Below are positions 1 through 11,839 of a stretch of DNA of 64,000 bases, in pieces. A program made the position numbers and the translations under genes. A model generated the notes under the pieces. That model was not told the origin of the DNA. It saw nothing but the letters and a program-made list of their open reading frames with translations, and ran no database searches. Location: NCBI GenBank assembly GCA_051530055.1, contig CM121342.1:6571489-6635488 (forward strand). Direction: 5' to 3'. This DNA is from Neoechinorhynchus agilis (Eukaryota; Animalia; Acanthocephala). Each line of letters begins with the position of its first letter. Positions within the stretch are counted from its first letter, which is position 1.

Positions 1-800
1 ACGAATTTCGTAGGAAGGAAAGCTTTTGCGGACGATAAGTATTTTGTTAGTTAAAGCTATTTGTAAACGAGGAAAGTCTGGAGAGTTATTTCGATGGCCT
101 TTAGAAGCTTGCTTTTGAAGAAGTTTCAAGATGGGGGTTATCCATGGTAGTTCACGGTTGAAGATTCGAATGAATTTCTGGGAAATTGACGAAGTTAGAG
201 AATATTTTGTGATTGAAGTTAGGGAGGACATGGCAAGGAAGAGTAATTTGTGTTGTCAGAGTGGAATATGTGAATCATAGAATTGAACAATTTTATAAAA
301 TTGTGGATGTGATGATCACGTTTATCATAGACGGATAAACGGGGAAGTCAGGGCAGAGGTTCTGATTGATGTAGTCTAGAACCTGTTTTAATTCAGAAGA
401 GGTCAAATAGGGAAGGAATCAGCGTCGTTGAATTACCACCCGAACGAATTTCGGAGCTAGGAAAGTTTTTTGCGGACGATAAGTATTTTGTTAGTTAAAG
501 CTATTTGTAAACGAGGAAAGCCTTCAGAGTTATTTCAATGGCCTTTAGAAGCTTGCTTTTGAAGAAGTTTCAAGATGGGGGTTATCCATGGTAGTTCACG
601 GTTGAAGATTCGAATGAATTTCTGGGAAATTGACGAAGTTAGAGAATATTTTGTGATTGTAGCTAGGGAGGGCATGGTCAAGGAAGAGTCATTTGTGTTG
701 TCAGAGTGGAACGTGTGAATCATTGAATTGAACAATTTTATAAAATTGTAGATGTGATGATCACGTTTATCCGAGACGGGAAAACGGGGAGATTTTATAC
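1..800. repeat. About 443-bp direct duplication within the LINE fragment
   Basis: acgaatttcg...gcggacgataagtattttgttagttaaagctatttgtaaacgaggaaag occurs at 1 and at about 444, and similarity continues for about 340 bp. Confidence 0.9.
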
Positions 801-1255
801 GCTGAAGTAGGGTGGCGGGAGTAACAAGGGCAGAAGAGCGATCAGAGTTCGCAAGGGAAGGAGAGAGTTTAGAGGCGGATGAGTAGGTATGGATATTGTT
901 GAACACATTGTCGAGGTGAACATCAAGACGAGTTGGGAAGTCAATAAGTTGACGCAACTCGGAGAAGGGCCAAATAGGAAATAGTTTATTGAATTCCCCT
1001 GCAATTAAGAAATGGTGTGAGTTTGTGAGTTCCATCATAGAATAAAGTTGTAGCAAGGAGGGCGATAGACGCCAGCAATGATGAATTCACGGCCGCAGAG
1101 AATCTACGAGAGGGTAAGAGTATGGTAGCGATTACCATACGTAAATTGAGACCCCGGAAGGAAGAGTACTCGGGAAGGATGGCTGAATTGCTGTGTTTCT
1201 GTTAAGATGACTACGTCGGCTTTTGGGGTAGATGAAATGAGTGATATTAATAAAG
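1..1255 (-). mobile_element. Decayed LINE (APE-endonuclease type, CR1/L2/Jockey-like group) ORF2 N-terminal fragment
   Basis: Minus-strand translation gives the APE motifs ADVVILTET (about 1230), IAGVYRPP (about 1075), LIAGEFN, QLIDFPTR..HLDNVFNN and LSPSLANSD (ORF 535..1056), with stops and frameshifts. Confidence 0.8.
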
Positions 1256-1905
1256 CACAAAACGTGCAATCACTACCGTCCACAAAATCTTAGCTTCTCT
1301 CCTTCTTCAACTGTCGCTATCACGTTAGCAGCATTGCCGCGTTGTACTGCGAGATATTTTGTCGCAGGGATACACCTTCTCGTCCGTCGCCGGTCGTTTC
1401 TCTGAATTTCCTCGAGAGATCCTGGAGCAGAGTGCTGAGCTGCCAAGCGCTTTATACGTCTCTGCTCCGAAAGGGACAAAATATTGGGCCCTTGCTAATT
1501 CCCTATATTTTCGTACCTTCCTCCCTTGCGCTGCACTGGCGGCACCTCCATCGATTTCGAGAAAGTAGGAAATGTTGCTTACTGCGATGAACGTTGCGTC
1601 CAAGAGAAGGCGTTCGCCCTCCCGCAACGGAAAGGTCGGAATTCAGTCAGGTCGACGACCGTCTAGTCGACAAAGATTTCCGGGTTCCAAGATGTTGTAG
1701 AAGTTCGCCGTTCTCAACGCCCGAGAAATTGATCTCAGAATGGCATGGGAACCTTCCTCCTGACTTTCTGCAGACGAGACCGTGTCGCCCGAAAGCATCA
1801 ACCAAAGACCCACATCGACAGCGATGGGGCGTGCATATCGGGAGACCAAGCCATATCCTCATTACCTCATCAGTGAAAAGAGTTCCCACAGCTGGCAAAG
1901 ACGCT
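1256..1905 (-). mobile_element. CRE-clade non-LTR retrotransposon, 5'-truncated 3' end (CCHC knuckle + RLE endonuclease), subfamily B
   Basis: Frameshifted translations CRCGSLVDAFGRHGLVCRKSGGRF, EPGNLCRLDGRRPD, KVRKYRELARAQYFVPFGAET and QRGNAANVIATVEEGEKL. Confidence 0.85.
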
Positions 1906-2195
1906 ATAGAAATTATGCTGTTTTTTTTCCAAGAAACTTGTACAATTGAGAAATTGTTTTTTTTTAAAAGAAAACTCCAATGAGATTATCCTCGCTCTCA
2001 AAGAAAATAGACATTGTGCCTTTTTGCAGATATAATCACTAAAAAAACGGAAAATATGAACATAGAGATCGTTATTTTGAATTGTTTTCCAAAAGAAGAC
2101 GCTATAGAATGTTTTTTCCAAGACACTTGTACAATTGAGAAATCGTTTTTTCAAGAGCAAGCTCCAATGAGATTATCCTCGCTCTCAAAGAAGAA
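1898..2195. repeat. About 198-bp imperfect direct duplication
   Basis: gacgctatagaa...ccaaga(a/c)acttgtacaattgagaaa...ctccaatgagattatcctcgctctcaaagaa occurs at about 1900 and about 2098. Confidence 0.85.
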
Positions 2196-2386
2196 GGTAT
2201 AGATGTAATCTGGTGCCATTTTTTTGTCGACATGTTCAACAAAAAAGGGGCACATTTGTGTGTCACCTCTCTCCCCTTTTTCCCGTATTGTTCTTGATTA
2301 TAGCAACGATTATGCTCATATATGTGTGTGACCTTGATGGGAGTCATATAGAAGAAATCCGACGATTGTGTCTCTTGTATCCGCTC

Positions 2387-2808
2387 ATGATTTCGCGATG
2401 TTTTCTTGTAATGATCTTGGCTTTGATTTCAATGAATCAGTGTCATCCGGTCACAATGATGATGATGATGGATGATGGGAACATTACATCGACCGACGTC
2501 TGGACGACTCCGCCTCCTCCACCACCGCCGGAAATGACTGAAAGACGGAAACGTTGGTTCAGTAGTTACGGAAAGTATGGAAAGTACTATCGTCCTTATT
2601 ATGGACGCCATCACCACCATTATCCACACTATGGAGTGTACGCATCAGGAGGTGGTTGTTCTGATCGTTCATGGGTTATCATAATCAGTGTCCTTTCAAA
2701 CTGAAAGATAACCTTTGAAAAAGACTCACTTATTGTGCTTCATACGCTACGGCCTGTTATGCTTATCCCGTCTATCATCATTGTCCATTGACGTGTTCAG
2801 CGTGCTAA
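2387..2808 (+). CDS. Secreted Tyr/His/Gly-rich propeptide with C-terminal ShK toxin (ShKT)-like domain; probably 2 exons
   Basis: Signal-peptide-like MISRCFLVMILALIS from the ATG at 2387, poly-Pro, RRKR, YGKYGKYYRPYYGRHHHHYPHY and GGGCSDRS. A second frame at 2731-2808 gives YCASYATACYAYPVYHHCPLTCSAC*, ending in the ShKT CxxTCxxC motif. The junction is unresolved. Confidence 0.7.
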
Positions 2809-2865
2809 AATGGAAGAGATTTGATCAAAATTCACACTCAGGTAAAATAAATAGACTTCTTTTTC

Positions 2866-3519
2866 TCATTGAATGATCGAGTCTAAGTACGCTTTAACGT
2901 GTGGCCAAATCTTGTTTGTCTCACGTCCGAAATACTCCTGGAGAATACCTTGTTTTCGATAAAATTCCTTCAATGGTGATGTCTGCTTTTCATAAAGGTT
3001 CAATCGAGCGGCTACTGTGTCCGGCTTATCGTCTTCACGTTGAATCAATGCTTCATTTGTTTCGTCATCAAGTCCGGGTTGTTTAGGTGGATTGAAGTCG
3101 AGATTATAAATGCGGCCGGATTTTGGATGAATGTAACGGACTTTGAGACGGTTAATTATCTCATCATGAGGTACATTGAGGCATATTACGAAATCCAATG
3201 GAGGAAACATTTCTTGAAGGCCTTCAGCTTGTTTGACTGTTCGAGGGAAACCGTCAAGGAGCCAGTTTTTGCCCTCGTACTTGGAAACTTCGGTTTTTAT
3301 CATAGCCAGAACAATGGAATCCGGAACTAGTTTCCCGGACTTCACATACGAACTCGCTTCTTTTCCAATTGCACTCCCAGAGTTTATCTCAGACCGCAAT
3401 AGGTCACCGGATGGAATATGGGCGAATCCGTAATTGGATACGATTCGACCACTCACTGTTCCTTTTCCACATCCGGGAGCACCGAGAATAAGAGCTCGCC
3501 AAATCTTAGAAGAAGACAT
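2866..3519 (-). CDS. AK3: GTP:AMP phosphotransferase (adenylate kinase 3), intronless
   Basis: P-loop GAPGCGKGT, LLDGFPRT, and LID region RYIHPKSGRIYNLDFNPPK..GLDD..EALIQREDD; 217 aa. Confidence 0.93.
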   Translation of the reverse strand: MSSSKIWRALILGAPGCGKGTVSGRIVSNYGFAHIPSGDLLRSEINSGSAIGKEASSYVKSGKLVPDSIVLAMIKTEVSKYEGKNWLLDGFPRTVKQAEGLQEMFPPLDFVICLNVPHDEIINRLKVRYIHPKSGRIYNLDFNPPKQPGLDDETNEALIQREDDKPDTVAARLNLYEKQTSPLKEFYRKQGILQEYFGRETNKIWPHVKAYLDSIIQ

Positions 3520-3804
3520 CTAAACAAGCAGAGTGTCGGATCTCGCAACTTTTGAGCCCCATGTGAGCATAAGTGTGAGCAAAACGTCATTAGACGAATG
3601 TGGAGCTTTGGAAGAAGAAGAGCTGACTCGGTTCACATTAGCTACCAAGATATTATGAAGTTCCTTATAAAAGATTCTAACACAAGGATTTTCTTTTTAA
3701 TTATCAAACTAAAAGAACCAGGGAATCTATTGATCAGAAACGGGATCTTAGCGAAAAGTAGATGGCGATCAGCACAAAAATCAATCATTTTCGAAGGATT
3801 TTCT

Positions 3805-4560
3805 CTAGATTATCATTTTGGGATGTGTGGTGTGTTGTGATCATAAACCCCAGGCCGAATATTTCAATAAAATATGGTTTTATCCGGCCTGAGGATTTTG
3901 ATCACTATACACCACACATCGCCAAGTGATAATCAAAAGAAAATCGTTTTGGAATGATAGAGTTTTGGAGATGTGTGATAGGATCATAATCCCAAGGATA
4001 TTTCGATAAGTTTTATCCTGGGGATTATGATCACCAGAACTCTAATTTCATAAATTCCAACGGATTTTCGCCTGATTATCACTTACAGAGTTGGAGTTGA
4101 TCATAATCCTCCGTCGGATAAAACAATTTTTTATTGAAATATCCGGCCGTGGATTATGATCATCACAAATCTCCACTTTTATCATTCCAAAAGGAATTTT
4201 TGATAATTAATTTAAGAAATCATCAGAAGAAAATCCCTTTGGAGCGGTAGAATTGGAGATGTGTGATGATTGTAATCCACGGCCGGATAAAACTATATTT
4301 TATTGAAATATCCGGCCGTGGATTACGATCATCACACATCTCCAATTCTACCGCCCCAAAAGGAATTTTTGATAATTAATTTAAGAAATCGCCTAGAGAA
4401 AATCCTCGATGATTCAAATAAATACTCGAGATTTGTGGTGATCATAATCCTCTGTCGAATAAAACAATATTTTATTGAAATTCTCCGCTGGGACAAAGCT
4501 ATACCTCGTCAGATCATCGCGAAATATTCCAATAAAATATGGTTCCATCCGAAGGATTTT
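3805..4560. repeat. Tandem array of about 5 palindromic (fold-back/MITE-like) units, period about 170 bp
   Basis: Each unit is an inverted pair of arms (e.g. ggagatgtgtgatgattgtaatccacggccggat / atccggccgtggattacgatcatcacacatctcc at about 4255-4343) around a similar AT-rich loop aaaac..attttattgaaat. Loops lie at about 3860, 4000, 4125, 4297 and 4465. Confidence 0.85.
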
Positions 4561-5609
4561 CCCTTGATGATTTTTAAATTAATTACCAAAATCTTTTGGA
4601 TGCCAAAATATCGATGAGACTCGAAAAAGCCATGGCAGATGGAAGCAGTAAGCGACGGTGTAACTGTTGAACTCTTATACGGAAGAATCGAATTTCGACA
4701 TTTTCAAAGAAATTCCAATGTTCTTTATCGATTTTATGATATTTGCCTTCCATTTATTATTTGTAACACTAAAAATTTGTAATAAATTATCTTATTTTAA
4801 CACAAATTTGAATTGGTACAAACAATAAATGGAAGGAAAAAAGATGAACGGAAATGACGCGAAGGCCGAAAATTATCAAAAACAAATAAATTATTTGATA
4901 TCAAAAAAGTTAAAATGATGAATATCTTTACAGCAAATTCACCGTCCCTTTTTTGATTTGCCGATCCATTTCCGTAAATTTGTTTGAACGTTGAATTGTT
5001 CATGCCATAAAAAATGACGGGATTCTATTGGTTTTTTACGCTTACGAGCCGCAAAGATTGAGCAATAACAAAAAAAAGTCCAAAACTTTCAAGTGCCGGT
5101 CCCAAGAATCTTTTAGTGAAAGCTTAACAATTGCTGGTGATGCGAGGCTTCCTCTTTCGAAATATCTCGATTCCAACTATAATTACCAAATATTTTGTGG
5201 TCTTAGAATCCATCATAACGTTTCTTCAATGATATCTTGGTAGCATCTGATGCAAAAATTTGACAAAATGGAAGTATTAGAAATAATGAAAAAGTTATCT
5301 TCGCGGCCTCTATAGAAAAGATCCTTTATTAAAACAAAGAAGCGCTTTAGGCTTTGCCTCCCAGAAGTAAATGGAGATTGCGAAAATTGATCAGTAAGAT
5401 TCTCTCTTTTTTTCGTTGTCGATGAAATATTTTGCATTATTAAAATTTTTAAAATTATTGTTTAGGTCTCTTGTCGACACCCAAGGGAGATCGCGTTAAA
5501 GAGACGAATATATATTTCGACCGACCACCCGAATGTAATCCTCAACCTAAGCTTTGAAGTGTTTAAAAGCCACTCCCGTTCATAACGAAATTTTTTTGGA
5601 TAGTAGCGT

Positions 5610-6134
5610 TTAATCTTTTCTTAAGTTTTTTTGGTATGTGTGCTGGATATAGTTTCTCCATTTTGGGCAACCTGGGACGAAAAACACTGTTGTTTGTTCG
5701 ATTTCCTTTCGCAATAAGTTTGGCCATCGAGTTTCCAATATATGCCTCAGTTGACGGACGGTGCCATATAACAGAAAATACAGATATTTTCCATAGTTAT
5801 CGATCGATACAATATCGACCTTTTGGGTGAGATCGACTCCATAAATCACACGGTCCTCACATTTTGCGGAGAGGGTGTAACTGATTGAGAAACAAACTCT
5901 ATTGGTTTCTTCGTCTGGCCACATTTGTATATCAAAACAGTGCACTCGATAAATCCTTAACGGATCACCACATAAATCCAAATTACTTAATGGATTTGAT
6001 AGACTTTCTGCCAGGACATCATATCTTATGCAATATCGCTCTGATTCTGAGGGCGATGTTGTTTCTACTACAGTGCGTTGATTAGTTTTTCCAATGGTGG
6101 TACACCAAAATGCTGCAATCAGAGTAAGAAACAT
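5610..6134 (-). CDS. Orphan putative secreted protein, 174 aa, Cys-containing
   Basis: Uninterrupted ATG ORF in AT-rich DNA with a hydrophobic N-terminus MFLTLIAAFWCTTIG and 6 Cys. No family recognised. Confidence 0.55.
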   Translation of the reverse strand: MFLTLIAAFWCTTIGKTNQRTVVETTSPSESERYCIRYDVLAESLSNPLSNLDLCGDPLRIYRVHCFDIQMWPDEETNRVCFSISYTLSAKCEDRVIYGVDLTQKVDIVSIDNYGKYLYFLLYGTVRQLRHILETRWPNLLRKEIEQTTVFFVPGCPKWRNYIQHTYQKNLRKD

Positions 6135-6399
6135 TTTATACTTTGCTCAGGGTACAAAAAAGCTTGGTTTTTCCTCGCTCTTAGGTGTATAAAGTCGTAA
6201 CTTTAGAGTTTAAGTCGTCGAATCTTTGTCAAAAGTGAATTATGTAAGATCTTTGCTTGACACCTGTCTAAAAGTCTTTCATTCGACAATCTAAGGGAGA
6301 GTACAGTAAGCAATTTAAAGTGATTATGAAGGTAAGCTTTAAGAGCTACTTCATTGAGCTGCAGTATCATAAAAAAACTAACGACACCGATGCCTCGCT

Positions 6400-9190
6400 T
6401 GGAACCACGACGGAAACCAGCTCGCCCAGAACGAGTCAAATGAAGAGAACAACTTCAATGTGATTGTTTCAACTTCGCCTTCTCAACAGGATTCTGTTAG
6501 GTTTGTGATAGGATTTTCTCCCTGACGAAAACAGGATTTCTCAGGGTACACGGGCCCCGTAATTCACGCTGCGGCGGTTCCGGTTCGCCTTCTAAGCCCA
6601 TTGATGGCGTGTGCCAGAATTCTCTCACGACGTGAGAGTTCTGCCCAGGAACGTTCTGAAAAGAACCCCAAGGGGCGAGCGATATCAGACCGCAAAGAGA
6701 TTCACCTCTTTATTGACAGACTGCATCAAGACTAACCCAGAATTGTCGTGGATGTGTCTTTTTGCGTTCCCTAGGCCAATGTTTTCCGCTGGTGAAGTTT
6801 GTGAGGGTTCTCTGACCACAAAAATAAAAGAACGAATAAGCCTTTTTGACGAAAATTTTAATCAATGCCTTTCGACAGCATGTGAGCTACGTAGGGAGTA
6901 TATCCAGGAGCGTGACCACGCCGAAACTCAAATCGGTCGCTTGCTGGACGCGGTTCTTCGAAGCTCGCAGGCGGAGATGTCCGAGGAGCAGTCCGTCTTT
7001 TATTTTCAATGGACAGTCTCGCCAAAGATAACGAAGAAACCTAACGAACTCTTTGTTCCAAACATCCGAGTGACGGCGGACGGCAGTTTTTTTTATTAAA
7101 TCCTCCTTCTTCGATACGATCCCTTATATTTTATCATCGAAATCAGAAGTGAAGATGGCAATCTCCTCTTTTGCTAACGGATCAGCTCACGGGCTTGACG
7201 GGCTGCGGCCCCAACACCTAAAGGATATTTCAGTGGGTGACGCTGCTCAGTCCTTTGAAAATGCATTGGCACGCCTAGTCGACCAATTTGCAGGGGGAGG
7301 GTTGATTCCGAAAGCAATTGAGCTATTTTTCGGCGCATCTTTGTGTGCCCTCGCAAAAAAGGAAGGTGGGATTCGTCCCATTGCAATTGGAACAACTCTG
7401 CGCCACTTAACAGCAAAAACTTTAAATAAAAGTATCGCGGAAAAGTAGGGATGCTGCTTCGCCCTATTCCGTTAGACTGCTATACACCTTGTGGCGCAGA
7501 AGCAATTGTTCATTAACTCCCCACGTTCATCATCGGAAACTCAAAGCCGTGCGTTATCCTGAAATTTTATTTCAAAAATACATTCAACACAGTTCACGGA
7601 GCAGATTTGCTCGAAGTAGTTAGAGATCACGTACCAGGAGCATTTCGCTATTGCTCCCTTGTTGTTCAATAACCACGTTTTGTTGTCAGAAAGAGGAGCT
7701 CAACAAAGAAGTTCTTTATGGCCCAATAACCTTCTCACTCGCAGTCAATCCCGTCGCGCACTCTCTCCAGTCCAGATTTAAGGGCTCTTACTTGGATGAT
7801 GCCACGCTCGGAGGTAACCCTTCTGTAAAACTGCGCGACTGGAGACACTCGTGAAGAAGACGGTGAATATTTTTCATTGAATTAAATGCTGCGAAATGCG
7901 AGATTTTAGTGATGAACGTGAAAGATTAGGCCTCCGGGCAAACAATCGTGAACGATTTTCAGAACCTGGCTCCCTGGATGGAATTGATCACTCTCGAAAT
8001 GTTGAGTCTTTTAGGAAGTTGCAATTTTGGTTCTAATGTCGAAACAGAGATTGATAATCTTCAACCGCAACTTTCGGTGCTGTGCGAACGAGTTGATGAA
8101 TTATCTTCACAAAAAGGCTCTGTTCCTGATCAAGAACACCATCTTTGCTCCAAAATTGCTGTATGAGCTGCACACAGCGCCTTTTCAGACATAAGGATTT
8201 GCGCCCGGCGGTTTGGGTATCCGAAAAGCAGCCGATATTTCTCTGCCAGCTTATTTAGGATCGCATGAAGCAGGCCGTAAAGTAGTTAAATCCGTTCTTG
8301 GCGAGAATAACACTTTGGATGAAGATTTCGTGGAGGCTTTTAATCTTTGGTGTGAAGATTCCGGTAGAGAGCAGGTACCCGTCAATGGTTGAAAACAATC
8401 TCTTTTGGGGACTCACTTCTGGGAGCGAGAATTCATAACTCTTTAATTTCAGATTCTCTTGACCTGGTGAACCGAATTCGATTGGTGGCAGTCTCCACAA
8501 GAGAATCGGGGGCTTGGCTGAACGCTCTCATAATCGCTTCTGTTGGTACCCTTCTCCGTCCGACGAGACAGTAAGGATTGCAGTGACCACTGAGACTTGG
8601 GGTACCGATATGCAACTCCCATCGCTGCCGTTGCGGAGCGACCGTGGATCCACCGGCGCGTCATGGTCTCGTCGGTCGGCAATCAAGCGGAAGGTACTCA
8701 CGACACGCCGAAGTGAACGCAATTCTGAGTCGTGCCCTGAATACTCTGAATGCGCTCAACATCCTAGAAGCGAGCAATCTTTGCCGACTCGATAGCCGTA
8801 GACCGGACGGTGTCAAAGTACTTCTATGGGGAAGGGAGGCAAATGCCTTCTCTGGGACGCCGTTCGCAGACAGCAACATAAAAATCGCCACTATTAAACC
8901 CGAAAGGGGAGCAGCAATCGTCGCCGAGGAAGGCGAGTCGAAATCATTATTTTGTTCCCTTTGGTGTCGAGGCATTCGAATCGTTTGGTACCGCGGCGCA
9001 GGACCTGGTCAACCGATTGTCTAAGAGATTGAGACGAATCACTGGCGATCCGAGATCAGGAGCATTCCTCCTACAAAACATAATTCTGTCCTTGCAATCG
9101 GGGGAACGCTGCATCCGTCCTTTCGACCGTTACACCAGAACGACAGCTGAGTGATCCAGAGCGGTGATTTGAATGATTTCTGCTCTGAGA
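6400..9190 (+). mobile_element. Near-full-length degenerate CRE-clade non-LTR retrotransposon (RT + CCHC + RLE), subfamily A
   Basis: Fragments VLKRTPRGERYQTAKR, AHGLDGLRPQHLKD, GGIRPIAIGTTLRH, YLDDATLGG, RPGGLGIRKAADISLPAYL, ESGAWLNAL, RYSRHAEVN, CRLDSRRPDG and GNAASVLST, with many stops and frameshifts. Confidence 0.9.
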
Positions 9191-9379
9191 ATCGCCTATT
9201 GACAACCTGAATGGAATTTAAAAAAGGAACAAAACGTGGATGAGAAACTCTTTGTGTTAAAAAAGGATTCTGAGACGAACTTTCAGTCCATCAAAGTATG
9301 AACTGTTGACAACGTATTTTGGTTACTCATCGTTTGGTATCGCGATGCAAAATTAAACAATTGCCGGAGAAGCTGAGAC

Positions 9380-9450
9380 AAATCACTCAGAGATCCGAAA
9401 CACTCTGCGTCCGTCCTTTCGACCATTACAAAATGGACCTTTGATACGTC
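9380..9450 (+). mobile_element. CRE subfamily A extreme 3' fragment
   Basis: gatccga...ctgcgtccgtcctttcgaccattaca matches the terminus at about 9055-9135. Confidence 0.6.
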
Positions 9451-10140
9451 CCCCCTTATTTGCTTGATCAATTATCAAGGTCTAGGCTTTCGCACTTTTT
9501 TATCGTGGAAATGGACGTTCTCCTTTCAAAAATCAAAACTACTTAATCGTAAAGATCAATGCTGAGAACATTATTGCCGAGTAGATAGAAAAAGTTGCAC
9601 TTTGAACAAGCATTTGAACTTAATGAGCGACAATGGAAAACCCTTACCGCTTTTTATGTTCAGCATTGTGGAACCTTAAATTGTCCAACGTGTGATTCGC
9701 TTTATAATTGGCCAATCATAAACTAATGATAACATATCGCATTCTGATTGGATAAAATTTGGAGCGTATCAAAACATTCCTTCTGTGCTAATTTGCAAAA
9801 ATCGTAGTCCATCGAGCATTTTTCTTTATGCGTTTATTTGCATTTTATTATTAAACATTAGTGTCCGAATTTTTCTTTTTGGGTCTTCCATTTTTTTTGT
9901 ATAAAGCGGCGATTGAGCCAATTTTTGTTTCTCAGCTGCGGTCCCAGCAGTATTCAAATGGAAGCACTGAATCATTTACAACCAATCGGTCCACATCATC
10001 GAAAACTTTCTATATGTCGAGTTGAATAAATAATTTGTTTGTGTATTCGTCTCTTTAACGCAATCTCTCTCTGATGGAAAGATTAATCGAACAAATGAAG
10101 CAGTGCTAGAGTTCAAATTCAAAACGATAAAAATATTGAT

Positions 10141-11371
10141 TTATTGATTCCGTTGTCGTTGTTTTTCATGTTCATAACCGTCAGCTAGGCCACTGGAACC
10201 TTGTTCGCACTTGATTTCATCGCATTCAACATTTTGTTCTAAGCCATTCCAAGTGCGAGTTGACCGAAACTCCATGAGCGCATCTTTAAGCCACAGAGTA
10301 ATTTGCGAATTACAATTTACACTGTTTTTTCTTTTCAATTCCTCATCGCACCTTTGTAGTAGCGTATCGAAATCGATAATGTATGGCTCATCTAAACGAC
10401 CATATCCACAACTAACCAACAATTCCCAAGGAGACACGAACACAAACAATTGCTTTAGTTGGCACAATTTAAAAGTGTCATTAGGGCAGCCAATAACAGT
10501 AAAGCATTGTGGTTCACTTAGATTTCCAAGTTTAATAGCGAGCTGTTCAGGATCACCGACATTACATTGAAAAAGAAAAGCATGCCGTGTTTTTTCTTTC
10601 AAACTGTAACTTAAAACGCTATCGATACAGAATGAAATTGTCTTCAGAATCACTTTTCTTTACGAGTTTTTTAAGTTTCAACGCGAGTTCGACTGCTTTC
10701 TTGTCACTTGAACTTCTTATTAATATTCCAAATCTTCGGAACAGTCGCAATTGATCGATACGCATTTGTCGTCTCACCAAATGTCTAACGGATGATTCTT
10801 CACATACGTCCATTGTAATCGTATTCAAATATCTCAGTGTATTGGCGCATAGAAGATGTAGCCAATCAGGAGGCGGCATTTGTGAGATGTAGAGATAATC
10901 ATTGCGTTTACAATGACCAATTTGGCTCATGATTAAAAACGATAGCTTTGCAGACTTTAAAGCCTCTTGGACACTATCATTGACAGTGGAGTCATCAACA
11001 ATTATGGTAGAGTCTTTATATAACTGACATTTCTCAACTAGTAATTCAGTAGATTCTATTGAGCAATCGATTTTGTGTCGTATATGAAAAATTGGAATCC
11101 TTTCAATTTTAGTCGGACAAAAACAATTCCCGACAATAATAAGAGCATTTGCTTTTAGTCTTATAGCCGAATTGACGTCTATGCAACATGAAGGACACGT
11201 TGGACACAGTACAACGATTTCTTCACATTCAGTTAAATCGCCACGAAAACGATCAATTATTCCCTCGGTATTAGAATTGAATTTCGAATCCAGTTGTAAG
11301 AGAACATTTCTGTATCCATTTTGACGTATCCATTCAATACAAGCCTCAAAATTCACATTAATTGCGCTCAT
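10141..11371 (-). CDS. DPH2: Diphthamide biosynthesis protein 2; 2 exons (probable 58-nt intron 10596..10653)
   Basis: CCIDVNSAIRLKANALIIVG, KLGNLSEPQCFTVIGCP, PWELLVSC and C-terminal GSSGLADGYEHEK match DPH2 motifs. A GT..AAG intron at 10653-10596 joins the two ORFs in frame. Confidence 0.88.
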
Positions 11372-11440
11372 CTGAAATCAGCGAATAGTGAGAAATATGA
11401 AAGACGCATAAAAAATAGAAAAACAGCGACGGGATAGCGG

Positions 11441-11700
11441 ACGTCAAGCGAAATCCAAAGAGTCTTTCGTGCAAAGTTCGTCTTGGCGATTTTAAATGTG
11501 GAAAAGTCGACGCTTATTTGCTGACGTCAAGCGAAATCCAAAGATTCTTTCGTGCAAAGTTCGTCTTGGCGCTTTTAAATGTGGAAAAGTCGACGCTTAT
11601 TTGCTGACGTCAAGCGAAATCCAAAGATTCTTTCGTGCAAAGTTCGTCTTGGCGCTTTAAATGTGGAAAAGTCGACGCTTATTTCCTGACGTCACGAGAA
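11441..11700. repeat. Three 83-bp units related to the 70-bp satellite
   Basis: acgtcaagcgaaatccaaag... at 11441, 11524 and 11607; shares aaatgtggaaaagtcgacgcttatttgctgacgtca with the 70-mer. Confidence 0.9.
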
Positions 11701-11717
11701 TACCAAAATTTCCATTC

Positions 11718-11832
11718 TTTTGTTCGAGTGGAGAAAGTAATTAAATTTAATTAAATTAAATATTTCGATCCTCTATCTCGGATCTTCTTCAGTATTGTTT
11801 GCAAGTTAAAAACTTTCTCCACTCGAACAAAA
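11718..11832. mobile_element. Miniature inverted-repeat element inserted in the satellite edge
   Basis: Perfect 21-bp inverted repeat ttttgttcgagtggagaaagt (11718-11738) / actttctccactcgaacaaaa (11812-11832). Confidence 0.65.
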
Positions 11833-11839
11833 CAATGAT

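Noticed and set aside
9150-9260. Common target site or poly(A) tail for the CRE copies
   Set aside because: The 3' flanks of the five termini share no visible sequence and no A-tails are evident.
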